Source: an uncultured virus (IMG/VR IMGVR_UViG_3300021139_001059) (Duplodnaviria; Heunggongvirae; Uroviricota; Caudoviricetes). Taken from it: a DNA stretch of 64,000 nucleotides. Position numbers and translations under genes: made by a program. The notes under the pieces are model-generated. The model saw only the letters and a list, made by a program, of their open reading frames with translations, did not search any database and had not been told where the DNA came from. The stretch is from IMG/VR virus record IMGVR_UViG_3300021139_001059; one strand, given 5' to 3'. Position 1 is the stretch's first letter, and each line of letters starts with the position of its first letter. Below are positions 1 to 7,648 of the stretch, one piece after another.

Positions 1-148
1 AATAGAACGAGCAATTGAGGGTTTGCGAAATTTGAATCTAAAAATTGAAAGAGTTAGAGATGATATTATGATGGCTAGCACAGCTGCAAATTTCTTTTCT
101 TTAAAATACAAAGATCATATTAGTTCTAAAAAAAAGGATGATGGGTGA
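1..148 (+). CDS. 3' end of hypothetical protein (truncated by window start)
   Basis: Open frame from base 2 (IERAIEGLRNL...KKKDDG) to TGA at 146-148. Confidence 0.5.
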   Translation, partial: IERAIEGLRNLNLKIERVRDDIMMASTAANFFSLKYKDHISSKKKDDG

Positions 149-171
149 TGTATGCTTGAGGAATTTAGTAG

Positions 172-200
172 TTGACTTTTGTGTTGGAATGTAGTATAGT
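172..200 (+). promoter_or_regulatory. sigma70-type promoter
   Basis: TTGACT-17 bp-TATAGT, followed by AAGGAG SD at ~213-218. Confidence 0.65.
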
Positions 201-225
201 ATAAGAATTGAAAAGGAGTTATATC

Positions 226-378
226 ATGATGGGTTTATCTACTACACATATCGTACTTGTATGTCTAATCGTGTTTTTGTTGTTCGGTCGGACATTGTTC
301 TCAGATACAATGTCTGATTTAGCCAAGGGTCTCAAAGAACTGAAGAACATCAATCATGAAGACAAACCGACTGCGTGA
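226..378 (+). CDS. tatA: Twin-arginine translocase TatA/E-like subunit (50 aa, missing from ORF track)
   Basis: MMGLSTTHIVLVCLIVFLLFGRTLFSDTMSDLAKGLKELK: short TM, LLFG hinge, amphipathic D.AKG.K helix; strong SD. Confidence 0.8.
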   Translation: MMGLSTTHIVLVCLIVFLLFGRTLFSDTMSDLAKGLKELKNINHEDKPTA

Positions 379-556
379 AGACGAGCTATTCTACGCTCGA
401 CTCGACGGCAAACACGCCAAGCTAGATGACAGAAAAGATCGCGGTCATTTCTGGATGCAAATAAACAGGCATCATGGAAGTGATCGCGAATACTGGAGAA
501 AGTTTTGTGTTGGATTCAAATATCCCTACACAAAAGTAAAAAAGAAAGATGTATGA
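356..556 (+). CDS. hypothetical protein
   Basis: 66 aa ORF coupled to both neighbours. Confidence 0.55.
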   Translation: MKTNRLREDELFYARLDGKHAKLDDRKDRGHFWMQINRHHGSDREYWRKFCVGFKYPYTKVKKKDV

Positions 557-774
557 TGGCATTTTTTGAATTGACTAATCGAGCCGGTAAACATGCTGGT
601 AATAAGATTCTCTTGAATACTCACTGGATAACTAGTGTTTACGAAGACTCTGAAACACCGGGCGGTAGTCTATCGACTTTTATCTATTCAGTACCACAAA
701 ATAAAACTTGGATAGTTGAAGAGAGTTATTGGGAAGTAAGAAAAATACTTTTTGCTCTAGAATCAAAAGCTTGA
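553..774 (+). CDS. hypothetical protein (weak FlbD-like pattern)
   Basis: ATG at 553 overlaps upstream stop (ATGA); LLN..WITSVYE...WIVEES..EV. Confidence 0.55.
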   Translation: MMAFFELTNRAGKHAGNKILLNTHWITSVYEDSETPGGSLSTFIYSVPQNKTWIVEESYWEVRKILFALESKA

Positions 775-796
775 CTTGGAAAAGAGGAATGATAAA

Positions 797-1468
797 GTGA
801 ATACAGCAAAGATTATAGCAATCACACAACCGCTTATCAATAATGAAAATGGTACTCGAATGACTCCTGATGAGTTCATTGCCTATTGCGCCCGAGTTTC
901 TAATCCTACAAACCAAATGAATAGTTTAACTGCTCCAAAATTGTTGAGATATTGTGCTAAACATAAGCATTGGTCAATTTTTGAAACAGTTAGTATTACA
1001 ATGGAGATTGAAACGACACGCGACATTGCTCGTCAGATCCTTCGCCATCGTTCGTTCTCGTTTCAAGAGTTCAGCCAGCGTTATGCTGATCCTACTAAGG
1101 ATTTGGGCTTCGTCGCTCGTGAAGCCCGTTTGCAAGATACAGCCAATCGCCAGAATTCCATCGAAACTTCCAACGAAGACCTCAAACGGGAATGGCACAA
1201 CAAACAAGCGTACCTCACCAGAGTCGCCGACGAAGCCTACGTTTGGGCTATCAATAATGGTATAGCGAAGGAGCAAGCACGTGCAGTACTACCTGAGGGT
1301 CTTACTGTTTCTCGTCTTTATATGGCTGGCTCTGTTAGAAGCTGGATTCATTACTGCGATTTGAGAATGGGTAATGGGACTCAGAAAGAGCATCGTGAAG
1401 TTGCTGAGGCTGCTTGGAAATTGATTTTAGATAAGTTCCCATCCTTGGAAGGAGCTTTGGATTTATAA
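797..1468 (+). CDS. thyX: FAD-dependent thymidylate synthase
   Basis: HWSIFE and RHRSFSFQEFSQRY ThyX motifs; GTG start at 797 after AGAGGA (track start 776). Confidence 0.95.
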   Translation: MNTAKIIAITQPLINNENGTRMTPDEFIAYCARVSNPTNQMNSLTAPKLLRYCAKHKHWSIFETVSITMEIETTRDIARQILRHRSFSFQEFSQRYADPTKDLGFVAREARLQDTANRQNSIETSNEDLKREWHNKQAYLTRVADEAYVWAINNGIAKEQARAVLPEGLTVSRLYMAGSVRSWIHYCDLRMGNGTQKEHREVAEAAWKLILDKFPSLEGALDL

Positions 1469-1521
1469 AATAGATGTCATTTTATTGACAGCTGTTGCCA
1501 ATAGAGAAACACTTCGCTAAG

Positions 1522-1529
1522 TATAAATA
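1522..1529 (+). promoter_or_regulatory. T4-type late promoter for csg operon
   Basis: TATAAATA, then GGAGG SD and csgF ATG at 1544. Confidence 0.75.
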
Positions 1530-1543
1530 AAGCGGAGGTCATA

Positions 1544-1987
1544 ATGAGAAAGTTAATCTTTGTTACAGCTGTCGTAATGTCGACACCGGTATATGCTGGC
1601 CAGTTGTCATATCAGTTTAAAGATCCGTCTTTTTCTGGTGATGCTAACTGGTCTTCTCACGTTTTGACTATAGAGAACGAAGAGTTTCAACGTAAACAGG
1701 CTATTGAACAGGCTAAAGCTGCAGCTGCAGCAGCTGCTATTGCAGCCCAGCAAAATACCAATCTTGCTAAGTTTATGAATAACCTCGAATCTCGTATATA
1801 TGCTCAGATGTCGCAACAGTTGGCAAATGATATGTTTACTGGTTCTGGTGGTAATAGCGGTAGTTTTAATCTTGAAGGTACGACAATCGACTGGACTAAA
1901 GATAGTTCGGCTGTCACTATGAATATCACTGATCCTACAGGCAATCAGACACAAATTGTTGTCCCATTAGCGAGTTTCATATTCTAA
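1544..1987 (+). CDS. csgF: Curli assembly component CsgF-like
   Basis: Signal peptide then QLSYQFKDPSFSG; F..NLESRIY.Q.SQQL; C-terminal ITDPTG.QTQI.VP; adjacent to csgG. Confidence 0.85.
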   Translation: MRKLIFVTAVVMSTPVYAGQLSYQFKDPSFSGDANWSSHVLTIENEEFQRKQAIEQAKAAAAAAAIAAQQNTNLAKFMNNLESRIYAQMSQQLANDMFTGSGGNSGSFNLEGTTIDWTKDSSAVTMNITDPTGNQTQIVVPLASFIF

Positions 1988-2805
1988 TGAAAAAGTTTTT
2001 GTTAATGTCTTTGTTATTTTTAGGTGGTTGTGCTAACTTAACACAATTACAAAATTATGAAGAAAAAGTACAAGAAACGAATACACTTTCTGAGTTACCG
2101 ATAGTTATTACTCATAAGAGGATACCTGCGATAACTCATCTACCTGATCCAGCTGGACCGCCTGTTGTTATTGCTGTCTATTCGTTTCAAGATAAAACTG
2201 GTCAGCGTAAGCCAAATTCTACATACGCTGATTTAAGTTCTGCAGTTACTCAGGGTGCTGAGTCGTTTTTAATAAAAGCATTGAAAGATGCTGGTAATGG
2301 TAAGTGGTTCACGCCAGTTGAGCGTGTTGGTCTTGATGATCTAGTTAAAGAGCGTCAATTGATCCGTTCGCAGCGTGAAACATACGAAGGGCAACAAGCC
2401 AAGCCACTCGAGCCACTTCTTGTTGCTGGTATTATGTTAGAAGGCAGCGTCGTAGGTTATGATACAAATACGTTGAGTGGTGGTGCAGGCGCAAGAATAC
2501 TTGGTATCGGTATCGATAAGCAGTACGAAGTCGATCAAGTAACAGTAGTTTTAAGATTGGTATCGATTAAAACTGGTGAGGTATTATTATCAGTTGGTGC
2601 ATCGAAAACAATCTTCAGCGTCAAGAACGATGCTAATGTAATGAAATTTGTAGATCAGGGTACGATGGCTGTTGAAACAGAATTAGGAAATGGTGCCAAT
2701 GAACCCACAACATATGCTGTAAGAATGGCAGTAGAAGCTGCAGTGGTTGACCTAATAAAAGAAGGCGAAAAAGCAAAGCTTTGGAGCTACAAAAAAGGAA
2801 AGTAA
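1987..2805 (+). CDS. csgG: Curli secretion channel CsgG-like lipoprotein
   Basis: Lipobox LGGC; AVYSFQDKTGQRK, SSAVTQG, WF..VER.GL..L.KERQLIR. Confidence 0.92.
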   Translation: MKKFLLMSLLFLGGCANLTQLQNYEEKVQETNTLSELPIVITHKRIPAITHLPDPAGPPVVIAVYSFQDKTGQRKPNSTYADLSSAVTQGAESFLIKALKDAGNGKWFTPVERVGLDDLVKERQLIRSQRETYEGQQAKPLEPLLVAGIMLEGSVVGYDTNTLSGGAGARILGIGIDKQYEVDQVTVVLRLVSIKTGEVLLSVGASKTIFSVKNDANVMKFVDQGTMAVETELGNGANEPTTYAVRMAVEAAVVDLIKEGEKAKLWSYKKGK

Positions 2806-2808
2806 CCA

Positions 2809-3483
2809 ATGAGAAACTTCATAACCAGTTTGGTTATGTTTGTTTCCGTTATATCTAATGCCTACGCCGCTGGTAATGGAGTTTATATCGACCAGATCGG
2901 CAACAATTCGACAGTGAATGTGACCCAAACAGGGAGCGGAAACCAACTCGGAAATAGTACGCAGAGCACTACTTTACATGGTGATAGCCAGACTGTGACT
3001 ATAGATCAGGTTGGTATGAACAACGTAGCCAACGTATCTATAGACGGCGCTGGTACTTCCGTAACATCTCAAGTAAATGGTAATAACAATAACGTCAACA
3101 TCAATTGCGGTGTTGGTGGTTCTTGTGGTAACTCAACTCTAAGAGCCAATGCTTCTGGTTCTGGTAACTCATTGTCAATAACTTCAATGGGTAACTCAAC
3201 ATCAACGATCGATGTCAATGGTAGCAATAACCAAGCAACGATTTCAAATACATCTGGCAACTTGATGGGTGCACAGGCAGGTATCAATATACTCGGTGAT
3301 ACAAACGTTGTCAACGTGACACAAGATGGTGTTGCTGGTGTTAATGGTCATAGTGCTACGGTATCTGTTACTGGTGGTGCAAATAATATTGCCGTCTCGC
3401 AGGGAGGCACAGTTGATTCTACAGTTAATATATCGAGCGTTGGTAGCGGTAATACTATTAACGTCAAGTCTAACCATCAGTAA
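2809..3483 (+). CDS. Curlin-like (CsgA/B-type) repeat protein
   Basis: Signal peptide; N/Q/G/S-rich repeats (IDQIGNNSTVNVTQTGSGN, IDQVGMNN, VTQDG, VSQGG). Confidence 0.75.
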   Translation: MRNFITSLVMFVSVISNAYAAGNGVYIDQIGNNSTVNVTQTGSGNQLGNSTQSTTLHGDSQTVTIDQVGMNNVANVSIDGAGTSVTSQVNGNNNNVNINCGVGGSCGNSTLRANASGSGNSLSITSMGNSTSTIDVNGSNNQATISNTSGNLMGAQAGINILGDTNVVNVTQDGVAGVNGHSATVSVTGGANNIAVSQGGTVDSTVNISSVGSGNTINVKSNHQ

Positions 3484-4543
3484 AGCAGACGTTGGTAAAA
3501 TAACCGAGCAGACTGGTCCAACAGAAATACAGCGCAACAAGGAATCAATACCTGCTGCGCTGCAATCGCCTATTGAAATGAATGATTCTGTTGTTACAGC
3601 GAATGCTCGTGTCGGCATCACTTTTAAAGATGACACTCGAGTCCAGATTACAGAACAATCAAAACTACTAATCGACTCATTTGTATTTGATCCTGCAAAA
3701 TCAGATGCTGGTAAAGTATCTATGAAAGCAGTATTTGGTTCAGTTAGATATGCATCTGGCGCTATCGCTCATGCTAATCCTGAAAACGTAAAGATCGAAA
3801 CACCCACAGCAACTATCGGTGTTCGTGGTACTGACTTTACGATGACTGTGGATGAGCTGGGTCGTTCGCTTATTATACTGCTTCCATCATGCCCAGTCGG
3901 TTATAAGAACATAGAAAAAGATTGTAAGACTGGTGCCATCAACGTACACACTGATGGCGGTGACGTGTATATGAACAAGCCATTTCAGGCTACATTGGCT
4001 GTCGCTAAAGAAAAAAATCCTAGTAAGCCTGTCATATTAAAACTCGATCCTGCAGAAATCAGTAACATGTTAATCCTTACACCGCCTAAGGAAGTAACGA
4101 AAGAGATCGTTATTGAATCTAAACCAAAGACTGCCCTCGACATTAACTTTTTAGATCAGAAGTTTCTCGATACGACGGGCATGCTTGACAACGAATTAAA
4201 CTATACTGGATTGGATGTTAACAGACTAGATACTAACTTTCTTGTGAATATGATCGATGTTCTCAATCAGATCTTATTGCAAAATATATTAGACGAGTTT
4301 GCTAAGACCGGTAACATGTTACCTAATTATCAAAAAGCTTCTCAACCTTTGGGTTTAAAATATACGCTTGATGGTGATAAACTTATATTATATAAAGAAA
4401 ATCCTGTCGGTGACTTTGCTCAAGTTACAGTAAATAAGAACAATAGTAACATCGTCCTTAACTTAGATCAGGGCGACAATAAGATACAACAACAAGTCAA
4501 CAAGGGCGGTACGACCGTAATCAATATAAAACAGGGGAACTAG
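3413..4543 (+). CDS. Exported FecR-domain protein
   Basis: F.DDT.VQITEQS.L.ID and TPTATIGVRGTDF FecR motifs; likely TTG start at 3413 after GGAGG (track start 3326), giving a signal peptide ending ISKA. Confidence 0.85.
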   Translation: MILQLIYRALVAVILLTSSLTISKADVGKITEQTGPTEIQRNKESIPAALQSPIEMNDSVVTANARVGITFKDDTRVQITEQSKLLIDSFVFDPAKSDAGKVSMKAVFGSVRYASGAIAHANPENVKIETPTATIGVRGTDFTMTVDELGRSLIILLPSCPVGYKNIEKDCKTGAINVHTDGGDVYMNKPFQATLAVAKEKNPSKPVILKLDPAEISNMLILTPPKEVTKEIVIESKPKTALDINFLDQKFLDTTGMLDNELNYTGLDVNRLDTNFLVNMIDVLNQILLQNILDEFAKTGNMLPNYQKASQPLGLKYTLDGDKLILYKENPVGDFAQVTVNKNNSNIVLNLDQGDNKIQQQVNKGGTTVINIKQGN

Positions 4544-4807
4544 ATGCGTACATTACTTGCCTTTCTACTACTAACTACACCTGTTTTATCAGCTCAGAAT
4601 GCCGTAAAGATTACATCTACTGGCAACAATCAAAACATTACAGTAACACAAGTCGGTAATGAATATCATTCAGCTGGAGTAAAAGCTTATGGTGATGGTG
4701 TCACCGTTCAGATCACTCAGCAAGGACCGAATCAGCAGGGTGTTTCAGTCACTGTAGATTGTACTGTCAGCTGCACTAATAACCCATACATCATAAATCA
4801 GCAGTAA
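4544..4807 (+). CDS. Small secreted curlin-like protein
   Basis: Signal peptide; ITVTQVG, VQITQQG repeats; Cys pair CTVSC. Confidence 0.6.
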   Translation: MRTLLAFLLLTTPVLSAQNAVKITSTGNNQNITVTQVGNEYHSAGVKAYGDGVTVQITQQGPNQQGVSVTVDCTVSCTNNPYIINQQ

Positions 4808-4808
4808 C

Positions 4809-6866
4809 ATGGGTAAGTTACTGACTAGCACCTGGTGTGCATTACTCGTAGTGATAGTTTTAGTTGTAGTCAAAGTAAGCAACCCTTACTTTGTTGATGT
4901 CGCACAACTAAAGACGTTTGACTATCTTATTAGCAAGATGCAGCCAAAACATTCTGATGAGATAGTGATCGTAGAGTTCGGTGAAAAGTCAGTAGAGAAG
5001 TTCGGTCAATGGCCGTTTGATCGTAGAGACATCGCAAGTGTAATCAAAAAGTTAAGAGAGAACGGTGCAGGAGTAATCGTCGCTCCGATATTATTCTCTG
5101 AAAAAGATCGTGCAGGAGGAGACGATGAGTTATCTAAAACGATTATTGATAACGGAGTCGTTATCGCTCAGTCAACGACTAGTCAAACGATTAAACCAGA
5201 TGCTGTACGCAGGGGTTTTAGTAATATCGGTGCTGTCGATCCTAGTAATTACGTCTTTACTTGGAGCGGAGGATTGGCTCCTATTAAACCAATGGCTGAC
5301 GCTGCAGCCGGTGTTGGTACAATCGCAGTGGCTCCAGAACGTGACGGTGTTGTTCGTCGTCTCCCTCTACTTGTTGGTATTGCAGGCAATTTTTATCCGT
5401 CTTTGCCTTTGGAGTCTATTAGAGTGGCTAGCGGAGAAACTAGCTATCAGATCAAAACTTCAGAAGCTGGAGTCGAGGCTGTACGAATTCCGGGTATACC
5501 TCCGATAACGACAGACGAACACGGTCGTATATGGCTAACATGGAATACAAAGTTTGATAAGATCGATGCCACTGATAAGAATTATGACGTAGTAGCTGAC
5601 AAGACAGTCATACTCGGTAATGCGATCGAAGGTGTTGGTGGTATTATAGCGACACCTAACGGAGAGAAATGGGCATACGAATTACAAGCACAAGCATTAC
5701 AGACAATACTTGATGGCACTTCTATTCAGCGCCCAGCATACCAAAGTACCATAGAACTAGGATTGCTACTGCTAACATTAGCTTTGATCCTTATTATAGT
5801 ACCACGTCTATCAGTGCTATGGACAATACCATTCTTTCTGGTATTCGTGGGTAGCAATATTTATCTATCGCTGTATATGTTCAACAATCATTTACAATTG
5901 TGGGATACAAGCTACATTCTATTTGCTGGTTCATTCAGCATTGCTCATCTTATTTTCAATAACTTTGCTCGTGAGTTCAGATTAAAACAACAAATCAAGA
6001 AACAGTTTGGAACTTATCTTTCGCCAGCAATGGTTGAGAAACTTCAGAAAAATCCAGACTTATTGAAACTTGGAGGCGAAACACGTGAGCTGTCAATTAT
6101 GTTTACTGATGTTCGTGGGTTTACTACTATTAGTGAGCATTACGGAAGCGACGTTCAGGGATTAACAAAAATAATGAATCGCTACATGACAGCGATGACT
6201 GCAAAGATAATTGAAAACAACGGCACACTTGATAAGTACATCGGCGATGCGCAGATGGCATTTTGGAATGCGCCATTAGATGATAGAGATCATGCGATAC
6301 ACGCTGTTAAAACTGCAATGGAGATGTTAGGTGACCTACAGGCTTTCAATACTGCTATCGCGGCTGAAGGAGTTCCTGCTTTTGGTATGGGTCTTGGCAT
6401 CAATACTGGTGATGTCGTCGTTGGGAATATGGGCTCTAGCCAAAGATTTGATTATACCTGTTTGGGTGACTCTGTCAACTTGGCTTCGAGGCTAGAAGGT
6501 CAATCAAAACCATATCATGTAAAGCTCGTCATTGGTCCAAAAACAGCCGAGTATGTAAAAAACACTTATCATTTACTAGAACTTGATACGCTTGCTGTCA
6601 AGGGTAAGAGCGAAGGCGTAAAGATATACACTGTCATACCTAATTCACACTGGCGTAGTTTTGATTCTAGTTGTCATAAAGAGTTTATGAGTCATTATTA
6701 TAATCAGAAATGGGATGCTGCTATAGGTTATGCTAAGCAATTAAAAGATGCATTTCGTGATGATATGAAAGAATACTATGATATGATGATTGAACGTATC
6801 AACGAATATAAAGCAAATCCTCCAGGAGAAAATTGGGATGGCGTCTTCAGAACCAACACCAAATAA
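4809..6866 (+). CDS. CHASE2-domain class III adenylate cyclase
   Basis: N-terminal TM, CHASE2 (GQWPFDR, DGVVRR.PL), 3 TMs, cyclase FTDVRGFT, DKYIGDA, DYT.LGDSVNLASRLEG. Confidence 0.93.
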   Translation: MGKLLTSTWCALLVVIVLVVVKVSNPYFVDVAQLKTFDYLISKMQPKHSDEIVIVEFGEKSVEKFGQWPFDRRDIASVIKKLRENGAGVIVAPILFSEKDRAGGDDELSKTIIDNGVVIAQSTTSQTIKPDAVRRGFSNIGAVDPSNYVFTWSGGLAPIKPMADAAAGVGTIAVAPERDGVVRRLPLLVGIAGNFYPSLPLESIRVASGETSYQIKTSEAGVEAVRIPGIPPITTDEHGRIWLTWNTKFDKIDATDKNYDVVADKTVILGNAIEGVGGIIATPNGEKWAYELQAQALQTILDGTSIQRPAYQSTIELGLLLLTLALILIIVPRLSVLWTIPFFLVFVGSNIYLSLYMFNNHLQLWDTSYILFAGSFSIAHLIFNNFAREFRLKQQIKKQFGTYLSPAMVEKLQKNPDLLKLGGETRELSIMFTDVRGFTTISEHYGSDVQGLTKIMNRYMTAMTAKIIENNGTLDKYIGDAQMAFWNAPLDDRDHAIHAVKTAMEMLGDLQAFNTAIAAEGVPAFGMGLGINTGDVVVGNMGSSQRFDYTCLGDSVNLASRLEGQSKPYHVKLVIGPKTAEYVKNTYHLLELDTLAVKGKSEGVKIYTVIPNSHWRSFDSSCHKEFMSHYYNQKWDAAIGYAKQLKDAFRDDMKEYYDMMIERINEYKANPPGENWDGVFRTNTK

Positions 6867-6954
6867 GTATCGCTCGGTATTCATTTCTGACGTTCATCTT
6901 GGTACAAAAGCATCACAAGCTGAACAGCTGCAAAGATGTTTATTGGTAATCTGA
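6838..6954 (+). pseudogene. Truncated metallophosphoesterase (LpxH/UDP-2,3-diacylglucosamine hydrolase-like N-terminus)
   Basis: MASSEPTPNKYRSVFISDVHLGTKASQAEQL then unrelated residues and TGA after 38 aa; only the first DxH motif is present. Confidence 0.65.
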
Positions 6955-6958
6955 AGAT

Positions 6959-7294
6959 CTAGCTTTGTATATTATTCTCAGAGTTCTTGACTGTTTTTTC
7001 AGCTGAGAACTTGGCTTCACCTTTACGGAATTTTGCAGCTTTCTTTAAAAGTTCTTCCTGCTGCATTTCACGGAGCATAAGTACAACGTTGACTTTTTGA
7101 TTTAATCGAATTAGATCATTATCAAGCATACGGATACGGTCAATAAGAGCTATAAGTACAACGTTAGCATCATTAAGAACCGGTTTGATTTCTTTTGTAG
7201 CCCACGTCCACACGTAATAAATCATATATGACATACCAGCAGCAGCGACAATAGGAAAACCATATTTTGAAATTAGATCTGCTAAATTGCCCAT
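6959..7294 (-). CDS. Small membrane protein with coiled coil
   Basis: GFPIVAAAGM TM then LIDRIRMLDNDLIR; paralogous to neighbour. Confidence 0.75.
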   Translation of the reverse strand: MGNLADLISKYGFPIVAAAGMSYMIYYVWTWATKEIKPVLNDANVVLIALIDRIRMLDNDLIRLNQKVNVVLMLREMQQEELLKKAAKFRKGEAKFSAEKTVKNSENNIQS

Positions 7295-7296
7295 GT

Positions 7297-7578
7297 TTAA
7301 TCCCTTCGCGCATCTGTCTTGCCATCAGCTCTGGCAATTCTATCGGTATCTGGTTTAACGCCCATAACATTACTCACTAAAGTGTCAATACGGATAACGT
7401 CATGGTTCATTGTTTTTACACGATTATCGAGAGCAATAATAATTCCCTTCATGCTGTTAACAGCACTCATTACGCTCGCCAGAATGAATTTAATTGTAAG
7501 AAAAATAAAATATCCCATCGCACAAGCAGCAGCGATCGGAAATCCGACGTCTGATACTAATTTAAAGAATTGATCCAT
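7297..7578 (-). CDS. Small membrane protein with coiled coil (paralog)
   Basis: GFPIAAACAMGYF TM then LDNRVKTMNHDVIR. Confidence 0.75.
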   Translation of the reverse strand: MDQFFKLVSDVGFPIAAACAMGYFIFLTIKFILASVMSAVNSMKGIIIALDNRVKTMNHDVIRIDTLVSNVMGVKPDTDRIARADGKTDARRD

Positions 7579-7593
7579 ATCACGACCTTTATG

Positions 7594-7622
7594 TGTACAT
7601 TAGCATGTTTTTAATGTATAAT
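7594..7622 (+). promoter_or_regulatory. Early/middle promoter for nrdAB
   Basis: TGTACA-17 bp-TATAAT. Confidence 0.7.
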
Positions 7623-7624
7623 CA

Positions 7625-7632
7625 TATTTATA
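7625..7632 (-). promoter_or_regulatory. T4-type late promoter for the two membrane genes
   Basis: TATTTATA on + strand = TATAAATA on - strand, ~47 bp upstream of 7578. Confidence 0.65.
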
Positions 7633-7648
7633 GTAAGGAGAATAAGAA

